Origin: Candidatus Iainarchaeum sp. | Lineage (GTDB): Archaea > B1Sed10-29 > WALL01 | Length of the DNA: 64,000 nucleotides | Direction of reading: 5' to 3' | Assembly (NCBI GenBank): GCA_023129115.1 | Contig: JAGMCR010000013.1 | Span: 1 to 64,000, forward strand | Part shown: positions 1-9,513 of the stretch, piece after piece | Layout: each line of letters begins with the position of its first letter | How positions within the stretch are numbered: the stretch's first letter is position 1 | The notes under the pieces: model-generated | What the model was told of the DNA's origin: nothing | What the model saw: only the letters and a program-made list of their open reading frames with translations | Databases searched by the model: none | Made by a program: the position numbers and the translations under genes

Positions 1-358
1 GGGGGGGGGGGGGGGGGGGGGGTCATTGTTTCCCCCCTAGCGGGCGTGGTCCTCTGCTGCGCACTGGCTCTCAGGAGGGGGTGTGGCGGAGCTCCAGCAA
101 ACGCAGGAGCGTGGGGCTCCTGTGCAGCAGAGGAGCCGAGGGTCTAGGGGTCGGTTAGTGTTTGTCTTAGGGGAGGCCCAATACCCAGAGCCCGAGGAAA
201 CGGCTGCTCGCTGGTTTTTTGTTGTTGGGAGTGAAGTAGTCGGGTGTGCGCTGTCTGGGTTTTCTTCGTTTTTGTAGTCTTAAAAAAACCAAAAAAAGCT
301 GGTTGGTTTTAAAGTTAGGCACTAGGTTTTATATAGCTCCCCGCTTCCCAACAAAGGC

Positions 359-1282
359 GTGGTATATGTGCGGAAAAAGAGGGTCAAGGGCCACGAGTAT
401 TACTACGAGGTCGAGAGCAAGTGGACCCCCAAAGGGCCGAGGCAGAAGGTGAAAAGGTATTTAGGGAAGGGAGTGATTGCGGTGGGGGGAGCTGACCTAT
501 TTGGCAGAGTCGGGGAAAGGGAGATTAAGAGGGCTGCGGCGCGTACGGGAGTGCCGTACGCCACCATCGAAAAGGATTACGTGCTCTCGTATTTCTTGGC
601 TGTGTTATCCACAAAAAAGTTTTTTGACTACGCCACGTTCAAGGGGGGGACAGCGCTGGCGATGTGCTACCTAAGCCACCACCGGTTCAGTGAAGACCTT
701 GATTTCTCGGCTAATCCAAGGAAGAGGAGGGGGGTAATCAAGGCGGTTAGGTCTGCGGCGGCCGAGCTCGGGCTGCACGTGAAAAAGGAGAGGGACACCA
801 AGCAGTGTTACTTGGCAAAGCTCCAGTACATCGGGCCAAGCGGCCACAAGGACAACATACAAGTGGACGTGCGCTTCAGGAAGGTTGCTCTCGCGCCAGT
901 GGAAAAAAAGCTCAAAGCAGGATACGAGGGAGTGCCGGCGGCAACCGTGAAGGTTTATGACTTGAGAGAGTTGGTCGCCGAGAAAATCGCTGCCATGGTG
1001 GAACGCGCGGAGCCCCGGGACTTCTTTGACGTGTGGTACATCCTGAAGCACAAGAGAGTGAAGCTAAACGAAGTTGGAAAACTAGCCCACGAGAAATGCA
1101 GCTTCTCCATGAAAAAAGTGTTCGAGGGAGAGGAAAAAGTCAAGTTGTTGTGGGAGAGCCGGCTGGGGAGACTGGTGGTGCGGGAAAAGCTCCCCCCGTT
1201 TGATGAAGTGAGGGAGTATCTGAACAAGCGGCTCAGCGTATTTCCAGGAAAGAAAGAAGGCTCTCGTCGCTCACGTTTTTAA
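359..1282 (+). CDS. abiEii: AbiEii/AbiGii-family nucleotidyltransferase (type IV TA toxin) with extra N-terminal basic beta domain
   Basis: IEKDY, FKGGTAL, RFSEDLDF, EKIAA..ER..PRDFFD motifs; GTG start; TATA-like TTTTATATA at ~327. Confidence 0.85.
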   Translation: MVYVRKKRVKGHEYYYEVESKWTPKGPRQKVKRYLGKGVIAVGGADLFGRVGEREIKRAAARTGVPYATIEKDYVLSYFLAVLSTKKFFDYATFKGGTALAMCYLSHHRFSEDLDFSANPRKRRGVIKAVRSAAAELGLHVKKERDTKQCYLAKLQYIGPSGHKDNIQVDVRFRKVALAPVEKKLKAGYEGVPAATVKVYDLRELVAEKIAAMVERAEPRDFFDVWYILKHKRVKLNEVGKLAHEKCSFSMKKVFEGEEKVKLLWESRLGRLVVREKLPPFDEVREYLNKRLSVFPGKKEGSRRSRF

Positions 1283-2039
1283 TCACTTTCCACTTCTTGT
1301 CGGCTTTCCCGTGCGAGCCCGCAAGCGGCTCCAGTAACACGTATTTTTTGTCGCGCTTGGCCACAGCCAAAAGTTTCTTCGGCACAGTCATGCCGAGCAC
1401 GTCCATGCAATAGCCGAGCCTCTTAACAAGTGTTTTGTTCCTCATCCTCAAAGCATAATCCACAAGAATCTTGACACTGACTTCACCTCTTGCATTGTGA
1501 AGTGCCTTGACGCACTCGCTTACGCCGAGGGAGTGCCGGGGCTTGTCAAAACAATCCACAATAGTCTTTTCTTTCGACGCCATGTTGACGGTTTGGCCGC
1601 CCTTGAGCTCTATTTCTTCCCAACCAAAAAACTTGTGCTTTGAAAGAGTTATGAACTCGTACCTCGTGCCCTGGAACTCAACCGCCTTTTTCTGCTTCAC
1701 GGCCGCAACGGCGACCACAACCGGGACCTGTTCCGTGAAACCATGGAAGTGCATTGCAGTAACGTAGGACACGTAGTAGGGGGTTATTAAGTTAGGCACT
1801 ATGTAAAGCGGGTTTTCACTCCACTTATCCACACCCGCCTCAAGCGGAAGAAAGACGTACTTACCCCGTTCCAACCGTTCTATCCATCCCTTGGCAGTCA
1901 AGTTCCGCAGAATCACATCTACAGCGGCTTTGCTACCCAAAATATCCCTGGCTTCACCAGTGGTAAAGACAGTCCGGCCACTGGCGCTAAGCCCCCCCAC
2001 AAGCCTTCCCTCTTTTTCACCCAAACTACGTTTTACCAT
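1233..2039 (-). CDS. abiEi: AbiEi-family antitoxin / transcriptional regulator (wHTH + AbiEi C-terminal domain)
   Basis: KGWIERLERGKY wHTH, YYVSYVTAMHFHGFTEQVP, EKTIVDC; ATG at 2039 preferred over the TTG at 2051; convergent with the toxin, 50-bp overlap. Confidence 0.85.
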   Translation of the reverse strand: MVKRSLGEKEGRLVGGLSASGRTVFTTGEARDILGSKAAVDVILRNLTAKGWIERLERGKYVFLPLEAGVDKWSENPLYIVPNLITPYYVSYVTAMHFHGFTEQVPVVVAVAAVKQKKAVEFQGTRYEFITLSKHKFFGWEEIELKGGQTVNMASKEKTIVDCFDKPRHSLGVSECVKALHNARGEVSVKILVDYALRMRNKTLVKRLGYCMDVLGMTVPKKLLAVAKRDKKYVLLEPLAGSHGKADKKWKVIKNVSDESLLSFLEIR

Positions 2040-2294
2040 TTTTATCAACAAACCGATACAATATAACGATTTAGATATAAAAAAAGTAGTATATAAATGT
2101 TTGGGATATTAACACAAAAACCCAAGGAAGGGAAACCACTTTTCTGCAGCACAGGGGCCACGTGTCTCGAGGCGCTTAAATCAGTCCCTTCCTAGGTGGT
2201 AGTAAATAGTCCGCAGTGGAATATCCATTTGCTTTGATATGTCTTTCACGGCCACGCCTTGCTCCCTCATCTGTTTCATTATAGTAAGTTTGAA

Positions 2295-2333
2295 TATACT
2301 ATTATAAAATATTTTCTCTAGTATACTATTATA
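2295..2333. promoter_or_regulatory. Direct repeat TATACTATTATA x2 upstream of small HTH genes
   Basis: Copies at 2295-2306 and 2322-2333 in an AT-rich promoter region. Confidence 0.45.
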
Positions 2334-2355
2334 GCGCCTGTTTGAAACTTATTAC

Positions 2356-2607
2356 ATGGCTAAACCAAAGAGGCGGAGAAAACGAACGTCCATAGAACTA
2401 AAAAAGGCCATTCTCTCGTTTTTGGAAGAGGCCGAGTTGTGGTGTACGACTGGTGAAGTAGCTAAGGCTACTGGTTTGAATTGGTACGTGGCGGTGACTC
2501 ACCTGAGCCGCTTGAGGGAAGAGGGTGTGGTCTTTCATGGGAAAGTGGGTCGCCAACAGGAGTGGTGCCTGATGGAGAAGTATGAGCATGGGTTTAAGAA
2601 GCGTTAA
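2356..2607 (+). CDS. Small winged-helix DNA-binding protein
   Basis: ILSFL..TTGEVAKATGLNWYVAVTHLSRLREEGVV wHTH pattern. Confidence 0.75.
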   Translation: MAKPKRRRKRTSIELKKAILSFLEEAELWCTTGEVAKATGLNWYVAVTHLSRLREEGVVFHGKVGRQQEWCLMEKYEHGFKKR

Positions 2608-2616
2608 TGGCCTAAC

Positions 2617-2850
2617 ATGGGTGTGTTGTGTTTGGCGGGGGTGTCAAAAGAGGGGGAAAGAAAGAAAATCGCGCTGAAGAGGTTTGGCGCGCCTTACAAA
2701 GTTATTCTTAAGCAGTTTTATACCCGGGACCAGAAGACAATGGATGAGATAGGGAAACTGTTTTCCATTGATGCCGCCACGATTCATAGGGATTTGCATC
2801 GCTTTGGGGTACCGACTAGGCGGCAAGGTCCCGGAAGAAAATGGATGTAA
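2617..2850 (+). CDS. Small HTH protein
   Basis: TMDEIGKLFSIDAATIHRDLHRFGVPTR HTH pattern; true start may be downstream. Confidence 0.6.
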   Translation: MGVLCLAGVSKEGERKKIALKRFGAPYKVILKQFYTRDQKTMDEIGKLFSIDAATIHRDLHRFGVPTRRQGPGRKWM

Positions 2851-3104
2851 CAAAGGAGGAGCTCGAGTACCTGGTGGCTCGGGGCCTGGGCCTCGGCGAG
2901 ATTGCGTGGCTTTTTAGGGTGTCCTCAGCCACGGTTAGGAACGAGTGCGAGCGACTGGGGCTGGCTCCACCAAAGGGCTGGAAGAATAAGTCGAGCCCCA
3001 AAGAGATTATGGGGCGCGTGAGCCCGGCGCTTAAGAAAAGATTATCAGGAAAGAGGCGTAGCTGGGGGGTCACGGCCGGGCCGGGGAAGCTTCTGGGAAA
3101 GTAA
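2841..3104 (+). CDS. Small HTH protein
   Basis: LGEIAWLFRVSSATVRNECERLGL HTH pattern; overlaps the upstream stop. Confidence 0.6.
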   Translation: MDVTKEELEYLVARGLGLGEIAWLFRVSSATVRNECERLGLAPPKGWKNKSSPKEIMGRVSPALKKRLSGKRRSWGVTAGPGKLLGK

Positions 3105-6100
3105 CCGTGTTTTCCTTCAGGTTGACTTCCACTCCCAACACTTCAAAGGCTTCGCCTTCAGGCTCTTCTTCCTCTTCTTCGGGTGTTGGGGGCGAGAGTG
3201 GCAAGACGCCCACTGTGACGCTGTCACTTTTGGTTTGGTTGGTGGGCGTATAAATCAGGAATCCCTTGAGTGTCGCGCTTGAACCTGAGCAAGTAACTTT
3301 CCATGTTGCGAATTGGTAGCCCCCGTTACCCGCGAGAGTTAATACGGTTTGTGGATTGGGATAACCATTCTGAATAGCACACGTGGGCGCGGTTAGGTTG
3401 AGGTCTACTTTACCACAGGTCACGTTTTCTTCGTTGTAGTTGGTTGCATAAACCCGCACTGAAAAAGGCGTACTCATCAACAATGGGTTGGGTGAGATTA
3501 TATCCACCGCGAGGTTAGTAAATATACTCGAAACGTTGACCGTGACGCTTTCTGCGGGGCCGTAGTTGAGCGAGCCGTCGACGCCGCGGATGTAGAGTTT
3601 TGAAACTCCTTCGGGCACGTTGTTGAACTCGTGCTTGTAGACTGTTTCGTTAGCCGCGCTGGTGATGGCGTCCGAGTAACTGGAGCCGTCAAACGAGTAC
3701 TGGAACTTAGTGATGTCCGAGTCGTTGGTGTAGAAGCTCACGTTGATGTCGTCGACAGTGTAATTCAGGTCACCCGTGGGCGCGGTAATGTAAGTCGTGG
3801 GGCCATTCGCGTCCACGTTAATCCAATTGTGTGACACGTTCTCGTTGCCTGCGTAGTCCACTGCTTTGATGTACAAGTACCGCTTCCCATCGCTCAACCC
3901 GCTGAAGGAGGCGGGGCTGCCACCAGGGTCAAGAGTCCAGGGCCCATTGTCTGTTCTTTGGTAGTAAGCCTTCACATCAGTCGCGCTTGAGCTATAGAAC
4001 ATGCTACTGCTACTTACCGTAACGTTGCTGTTGTTTCCTGGCGCGCCAATCGTGATATCAGGCGCAACGGTATCCAGCGTGATGTTGACGTTGACTGCGT
4101 TGCCGACGTTGCCGAGCGCGTCGTACGCACGCACGAAAAGCTGGTGGCTGCCGTCGGAGAGCGTGAAGGTGTGTGTCTCGCCGCTCTCGAATGTCCAGCC
4201 GCCGGCGTTGGCCTTGACTTCGTAGTAGTCGATTCCGGCCTGGTCAGTAGCAGAGTATTCGATTTTAGCGGAGCTAACGTTGTCGCCTTCCGAGGGTGAG
4301 GTGATTGTGGTCACGGGTCCGGTCGTGTCAACCGTGAAGTCCACTTCGGCGGTCTCGCTCCAGTAGGTTCCGTCCGTGCACTTTACGTAGAGCGTGTAAG
4401 TGTTTTCGCTGGTGATATTCGTGATGGATTGGGTTTTGGGTGTGCCGCTGGTGGCGCTGATGTTGCTGCTCCACGCGCCGGCGTCAATCTTGTAAGTGCA
4501 GTTAAGCGCGCTCTGCTGTGGGTCGCTGCCGGTGAAGTTGATCTCGTCCACGAAGCGGTGGTAGCCGCCGTCCACTGGGCTGTTTATCACGACGCTTGGT
4601 GGTGTGTTGGGGGTGGACGTAACGTTTATCCATACGTATGCCTGGCCGGACTCTGTGGAGTCCCACGCCCGTATTTTGAGGTCGTGTGTCCCGAAGGGTA
4701 AGCCGGTGAAGTTGTGGGTGTAGTAGGTGTCTGCCGTGATGCTTGTGATGCCGGTGTCTTTCCAGGTGCCGCTGTCCGTGGCGTGCTCGAATTTTTCGAC
4801 GTCGCCGTGTGGGGTCGAGAAGTTGACTACTACCCACGAGTTGGTTGTGGTGGTGCCGTTGGCTGGCGAAGCAATGTCGATTGTTGGGGCGCCGTCGTTG
4901 ACGTGCACGGTGACGTTGGCTTCTGGGCCTATGTTCTCGAAGAGGTCGACGTACCGCACGTGCAGAACGTGCCAGCCGTCAGTGAGGTTCTTGAACCCTG
5001 TGGGGGACTCGTTGGGGTCTGTGCACCACTGCCTGCCAAAGGTGTCGTTCCAAGTGTTGTTGTACGGCAGCGGGCAGTATGCGCCGTCGTCAAGCATCAT
5101 CAGCGAGTAGTTGATGTCCGTGGCGTTGGTGGTGTAGTACACGCCTATGTTGACGTAAGTGAAAGATGAGCCGTTGGCTGGCTCGGTTATTGTGATGCCT
5201 GGCGCGACCGTGTCCAGCGTGAAGTTGATGGTGTCGGTCGCGGTGTTGCCTACTTTGTCGTAGGCAGTAACGATAATCGTGTGCTTGCCGTCCTCGAGTT
5301 CTTGGTTTTCCGGGCTGGTCGCGGGGGCGATTTCTATTGTGTCGTTGCTTTTTATCTCGACCTTGTAGTAGTCAATCCCACTCCCTACGTCGCCCCCTGT
5401 CCACTGTACCGAGATGTTGGAGTCCGTGAGTTCGGCGTCGTGCAGTGGGTTGGTGATGTTGACGGTTGGGGCCGTGCCGTCGTTGACAATGGTTATTTGT
5501 TTTGTGGTGTCGTCGCTTGCGTAGTCGTCGTCCTTGACGACGAGCGAGACAGTGTACGTTCCTGTTGAGGTGTAGTTGTGGATGACTACTGGTGCCGGGG
5601 TAGTCGTTGTTTTTCCGTCGCCCCACTGCCACTCGTAAGTGGATATGGAGCCGTCGGGGTCAGTGCTGGCAGTGGCGTTGAACGTGATGTTGAAGTATTG
5701 CCCGCCCATGTCCCTCGTGGTGAAGCTGGCGGTTGGCACCTCGTTGGTCGGCGCGTCAACGACTGTGACGTAGCTCCAGTCGTTGTAGCACTTCCCGAGC
5801 TCTACTTTAACGTAGCGGAAGTCCGGGCTGTAGTCGCCAATCGTGTGAGTGCGCGTTGCCCACAACTGGTGGGGCCCGCCGCCCTTGCTGGTGTCGATGC
5901 TGGTCGTGGAAACGCTGTCCGCGAGCACCCAGCCGGTCACGTTGTTGGTGGAGGTATAGACCTTGAGTGTGTCTACGCAGCCGCTGCCGTAGCCGGGCTT
6001 GAAGTCTACGTTGATGCTGACGTTTACGGTTATGAGTGAGCCGAGGTCGTGGACATGGTACTTCTGGTACCAGTTGCAGCAGTCCTTTGTGCCTGCTGCT

Positions 6101-6765
6101 TTACAGTGTGATTCGCCTTGGTTGCTTGAGTAGCCAATGCCGTTGCCGCACGTGTCGCTCCAGAGCGACGTGTGGGCGGCCATTGGGATTGCCCCGCTGC
6201 CAGGGAGTGACGTGACGCTGGTGACCGTGTGGGCGTCCAGTGAGCCGGGCATGACTATCTTGATTTGGGCCAAGGGCTCGTTGGTGACGAGTGTGAACGA
6301 GATTTCGGAGTCCGGGTCGACAACGCTTTTTTCAGTGATTTTGTGGAAGAAGCCGCCGGCGGTTCCGTATACCTCGATTTTTTTGGTGGAGCCGTGGGGC
6401 GTGACCTTGAAGTCGAGCTGCGTGAGGCCCGTGGCCTCGACGCGAATGACGTGCTGGCTCTCAAGCCCACTGCATTCTTCGTTGGGGGCACACGTTATTA
6501 TTTTGTCAACTGGAAGTGTTTTTGGCTGCGGCGCAACTACTATTGGGGGGGGTGTGGGTTCCAGTTTTGGCTCTGGTGTTGGAGTGGCAGAAGGGGTGGG
6601 CGTTGGAGTCGGCGCCGCTTCCGGCGCCTGGATTTCTATCGTGTTCTCGACAGGGTTTACTTTTATTGTTTTGACGAGCTGGCCGAACCCAGGGCCGATG
6701 AAAGCGAATGCAGGAGTAAGGAGAATAATGGACACCATTAGTGCTATCAGGGTCCTCCTCAGCAT
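3070..6765 (-). CDS. Large secreted surface protein with PKD and multiple Ig-like repeats
   Basis: Signal peptide, PT-rich linker, PKD (STDPDGSISTYEWQWGDG), repeated DTVAP.ITI..P / A.D..GN Ig units, many N-x-S/T sequons. Confidence 0.85.
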   Translation of the reverse strand: MLRRTLIALMVSIILLTPAFAFIGPGFGQLVKTIKVNPVENTIEIQAPEAAPTPTPTPSATPTPEPKLEPTPPPIVVAPQPKTLPVDKIITCAPNEECSGLESQHVIRVEATGLTQLDFKVTPHGSTKKIEVYGTAGGFFHKITEKSVVDPDSEISFTLVTNEPLAQIKIVMPGSLDAHTVTSVTSLPGSGAIPMAAHTSLWSDTCGNGIGYSSNQGESHCKAAGTKDCCNWYQKYHVHDLGSLITVNVSINVDFKPGYGSGCVDTLKVYTSTNNVTGWVLADSVSTTSIDTSKGGGPHQLWATRTHTIGDYSPDFRYVKVELGKCYNDWSYVTVVDAPTNEVPTASFTTRDMGGQYFNITFNATASTDPDGSISTYEWQWGDGKTTTTPAPVVIHNYTSTGTYTVSLVVKDDDYASDDTTKQITIVNDGTAPTVNITNPLHDAELTDSNISVQWTGGDVGSGIDYYKVEIKSNDTIEIAPATSPENQELEDGKHTIIVTAYDKVGNTATDTINFTLDTVAPGITITEPANGSSFTYVNIGVYYTTNATDINYSLMMLDDGAYCPLPYNNTWNDTFGRQWCTDPNESPTGFKNLTDGWHVLHVRYVDLFENIGPEANVTVHVNDGAPTIDIASPANGTTTTNSWVVVNFSTPHGDVEKFEHATDSGTWKDTGITSITADTYYTHNFTGLPFGTHDLKIRAWDSTESGQAYVWINVTSTPNTPPSVVINSPVDGGYHRFVDEINFTGSDPQQSALNCTYKIDAGAWSSNISATSGTPKTQSITNITSENTYTLYVKCTDGTYWSETAEVDFTVDTTGPVTTITSPSEGDNVSSAKIEYSATDQAGIDYYEVKANAGGWTFESGETHTFTLSDGSHQLFVRAYDALGNVGNAVNVNITLDTVAPDITIGAPGNNSNVTVSSSSMFYSSSATDVKAYYQRTDNGPWTLDPGGSPASFSGLSDGKRYLYIKAVDYAGNENVSHNWINVDANGPTTYITAPTGDLNYTVDDINVSFYTNDSDITKFQYSFDGSSYSDAITSAANETVYKHEFNNVPEGVSKLYIRGVDGSLNYGPAESVTVNVSSIFTNLAVDIISPNPLLMSTPFSVRVYATNYNEENVTCGKVDLNLTAPTCAIQNGYPNPQTVLTLAGNGGYQFATWKVTCSGSSATLKGFLIYTPTNQTKSDSVTVGVLPLSPPTPEEEEEEPEGEAFEVLGVEVNLKENTVTFPEASPARP

Positions 6766-7313
6766 TGTAATAATCTTTTGAGGAAAGGGATATATAAATT
6801 GTACTCACTATTGTACTCTTTTTTCAATAGCTTCCTGAATTCTTCTAGGTCTTTTACTGGCTCTTTCAATTTTTCGTTGTTCTCTTCCTCGACGATTTCT
6901 TTGAACAGCTTGTGTACTCCTTCGTCGCCAGTTTCTATATCTCTTATTAGCCTTACTGTGTTATATTCCTCTGATTCGACAGGCGGCAGCATTGTTTTGA
7001 CCCAGCCGCCAGAAGTCCCAGAGATAACGTACCTGCCACCTTCTGTTTTTACTGAAATAACTGAAATCAATTTTTCCGGTGACTCTACTCCAGTCGTACC
7101 CATCTTAATCTTCTTTTTTGGGGTTTCCTTGGGGTACTCCAGGGACGAGCCCGTGGCAAAGTCCACCTGAATTATTCTTGGGTTATTAGCCCCTGCCTCG
7201 ACGTAGTCTGGGTTTATCGCAATTTTGTGCCCAACGCCCGAATGCCAGGTGGGGGGCAACCTACCGTTCTTGTCTATTTCAAGAGTCCAGTGGGCCTCTC
7301 GCTTTTCCATCAT
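6759..7313 (-). CDS. Hypothetical protein
   Basis: 184-aa ORF, overlaps start of the surface protein gene, TTTATAA box upstream. Confidence 0.6.
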   Translation of the reverse strand: MMEKREAHWTLEIDKNGRLPPTWHSGVGHKIAINPDYVEAGANNPRIIQVDFATGSSLEYPKETPKKKIKMGTTGVESPEKLISVISVKTEGGRYVISGTSGGWVKTMLPPVESEEYNTVRLIRDIETGDEGVHKLFKEIVEEENNEKLKEPVKDLEEFRKLLKKEYNSEYNLYIPFLKRLLQC

Positions 7314-7366
7314 TACTCATTGTTTCTGTACAAATCCTTATAAACCTCTCTCCTCCAAACTTGTTT

Positions 7367-7635
7367 GGCGGGCTAGCCGGGGGGTCAGCAGTCCCCTGTA
7401 CCCCAAACCTGCTTTAGGGGGGGTGAATGCCGCTTGAGGGCTTCGGCGTCTTCGTTGGTTCCTTGTGGTGCTGTCGACGCTCTGTCCGCATTGGCGTTTG
7501 TATTATGCTAACCCGGCGAGGCGGGGAACCGAGCAGCCGTAACATGTACTTGCGCGCTTTGTGGGTCGCAGAGTTGAGGTGTCATGAGGGTTCAGCCATT
7601 GGGGGCTTCGTGTTCGAGGGTGGATGCTCGCCCCC
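7367..7635 (+). ncRNA. ffs: Archaeal SRP (7S) RNA
   Basis: 5' GGCGGGC pairs with 3' GCTCGCC; Alu-like GCCGGGGG..CCCCTGTACCC; helix 8 GGCGAGGCGG-GGAA-CCGAGCAGCC at ~7515-7538; TTATAAA at 7338. Confidence 0.88.
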
Positions 7636-7685
7636 CCACATCATTCACGCTAGCCACGCAGTGATGCTGGAAGGTGTCATCGCTC

Positions 7686-7740
7686 GCCACAAGGACTTGG
7701 GGGACGCCAATTGGCGTCCCCCCATAGGCCGGCATCCCCC
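7686..7740 (+). repeat. REP-like palindrome family A, copy 1
   Basis: Perfect 24-bp palindrome GGGGGACGCCAATTGGCGTCCCCC (7699-7722) followed by CATAGGCCG; related copies at ~40349 and ~44901. Confidence 0.75.
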
Positions 7741-7776
7741 ACAAAGCATTTATTCCCTCACTCCCTAGTCTTGTCC

Positions 7777-8910
7777 ATGCCCGCAAAGCCCAAGAAGAAG
7801 GCGTCTGGAGCGAGTGCGAGGAGGGCCAAGGGGTTCATCAAATCGCTTCCTGAATGGCGCTTGAACAATATTCTTGAGAGCAACATAGTGTACGAGCGGT
7901 ACATCGCCTTGAGGGAGCGCCATAACGACGGCACGGTGCCAGCGCAGTGGGAGCGTGAGTGGGGGATAATCAAGAGGATGAAGCGAGAGAGGCAGAGGCA
8001 GAAGGGGGTGGAGAGGAAGCTGTCGCCGTCACAAGTCGCAGAGAAAGAAGAGGCACAGCGCCTCGCCGACGAGGAAAAGCGCCTCGCCGACGAAGAAAAA
8101 CTCCAGAAAAAAGAGGAGGGGGAAGCGGCCCGGGAGCAGGCAGAGCTTGACGAGTACGACAGGAAAATCCGGGAGCACAAGAAGCGCGAAGAAGAAGAAA
8201 GGAAGCAGGAGTGGGCAAAGGTCCGGGACACCATGGAGGGCCACGAGAGGGAGCCCAAGACTGCCAAGGACTTGCGCGGGGAGAGGGGTGACCGCAGGGA
8301 CTGGGAGCAGGAAAAAATGGCGAGGCTGATGAAGCGCCTCGGCAAGGAGTCGCCAGCTCCGGAGCCAATGTACAAAGAATTGCTTTCGTCGATGACCCAA
8401 CAGGAAATCCGGAAGTCCTTGCGGGTCTCGGACAAGCCGCTGAAGGCGGCCAATCCCGCGGAGCAGGACGCGGTGGGGCGGCCGGGCACGTACGAAAAGT
8501 TTTATTACGTTTATTCCCGGGGCAAAAAAGGCAATGTTTTCCTGGGCCACGTGGCTGCGCTGGAGAAGAGTGCGGACGACTTCAAGCGCGAGAGGTCGCC
8601 TTTGCTGGACCGGCTCCTGCACGCTGAGCTGGACCGGCAGAGGGTCGCCAAGAACGACGTGATTGCGCACATTCGTGTGCCGTCCGAGGGCTTGAGGGGG
8701 CTCTTCGTGAAGCACCCGGCGATTGGCAAGCGCGTGGTGGGCGAGGTAATGGACCGCGTGAGGAAGGACTTCAAGGCGGACTGGGCGCTGCTGTCCTCAA
8801 AGTCGCCGAGGCTGAACAAGCTCCACGAGGGGGGGATGAAGAAGTTTTCGGTGGGCAGCAGGGAGCAGGGCGGGCCTGTGCGCCACTTGCTAAAAGAGCT
8901 CCCCAAGTAA
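7777..8910 (+). CDS. Hypothetical charged coiled-coil protein, possible C-terminal GNAT-like fold
   Basis: ATG at 7777 (MPAKPKKK); E/K/R-rich middle with a 21-bp tandem repeat (RLADEEK x2); alpha/beta C-terminus. Confidence 0.65.
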   Translation: MPAKPKKKASGASARRAKGFIKSLPEWRLNNILESNIVYERYIALRERHNDGTVPAQWEREWGIIKRMKRERQRQKGVERKLSPSQVAEKEEAQRLADEEKRLADEEKLQKKEEGEAAREQAELDEYDRKIREHKKREEEERKQEWAKVRDTMEGHEREPKTAKDLRGERGDRRDWEQEKMARLMKRLGKESPAPEPMYKELLSSMTQQEIRKSLRVSDKPLKAANPAEQDAVGRPGTYEKFYYVYSRGKKGNVFLGHVAALEKSADDFKRERSPLLDRLLHAELDRQRVAKNDVIAHIRVPSEGLRGLFVKHPAIGKRVVGEVMDRVRKDFKADWALLSSKSPRLNKLHEGGMKKFSVGSREQGGPVRHLLKELPK

Positions 8911-9007
8911 ACGCTTTTAAACCCCGCCACGCAAAACACTGTTTAGCAGGCCACGTTTCTCATTATTTTAGCTTGGCCTACTGTCAAACATGGTTTCAAC
9001 GTTTGCC

Positions 9008-9150
9008 TCTGGGGGCCTTGTGCCCCCAAGCCTAACGTGCCATGACGTGAATCCCGCAGGACCTGGCGAATCCCACAGGATTGCCGGGGCACCTGGCGAA
9101 TTTCCCAACGGAAAACGCCGGGGGATTCTCGTCTGGGCTGAGTTTCAGCT
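9008..9150 (+). repeat. Hairpin repeat family B, copy abutting the tRNA 5' end
   Basis: CTCTGGGGGCC..GCCCCCAAGCCTA matches 9335-9363; 3' TGGGCTGAGTTTCAGCT matches the minus strand at 40441-40457. Confidence 0.6.
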
Positions 9151-9233
9151 GCTGGGGTCGCATAGCGGCTATTGCGGTGGCCTGCTAAGTCACTGTCCTT
9201 CGGGGCACGGGAGTTCGAGTCTCCCCCCCAGCG
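9151..9233 (+). tRNA. tRNA-Ser (GCT)
   Basis: Acceptor GCTGGGG/CCCCAGC, anticodon arm GTGGC-CTGCTAA-GTCAC, long variable arm, T arm GGGAG-TTCGAGT-CTCCC, G discriminator, no encoded CCA. Confidence 0.95.
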
Positions 9234-9334
9234 CTTCAGCCTTTTTCCGCTGGTAGCGGAAAAACCCTGGGGAATGTATTATTGCTCGCCATTGCGGGCG
9301 AGCATTTGCTCGCTTCGCTCGCAGTTTTTTTTGT

Positions 9335-9390
9335 CTCTGGGAGCCGATAGGCTCCCAAGCCTACCTCGCCAGCTCAGGTTTGGGCTGTTA
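9335..9390 (+). repeat. Hairpin repeat family B copy
   Basis: ACCTCGCCAGCTCAGGTTTGGGCTG identical to the minus strand of ~40451-40475. Confidence 0.7.
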
Positions 9391-9485
9391 GACGTCTCCC
9401 CCCCAGCGCCTCTATACTGTGCAGCGCCAGGCCGTATGGCTGTTGTTTCATTTCCTGAAAAACGATAAGTTTAAATATATGCAGT

Positions 9486-9502
9486 TACTGAATTATTCAG
9501 TA
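9486..9502. promoter_or_regulatory. Inverted-repeat operator upstream of the ATPase gene
   Basis: TACTGAAT-T-ATTCAGTA between TTTAAATATA and the AGGTGA RBS. Confidence 0.55.
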
Positions 9503-9513
9503 GGTGAATATAT

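Noticed and set aside
1-22. Run of 22 G at the window start
   Set aside because: Probably a sequencing or contig-end artefact; cannot be interpreted as a G-quadruplex or origin G-string
7427-7768. 113-aa ORF
   Set aside because: Overlaps the SRP RNA and a palindromic repeat
8990-9468. ORFs of 88 and 98 aa
   Set aside because: Overlap tRNA-Ser and hairpin repeats; no protein-like features
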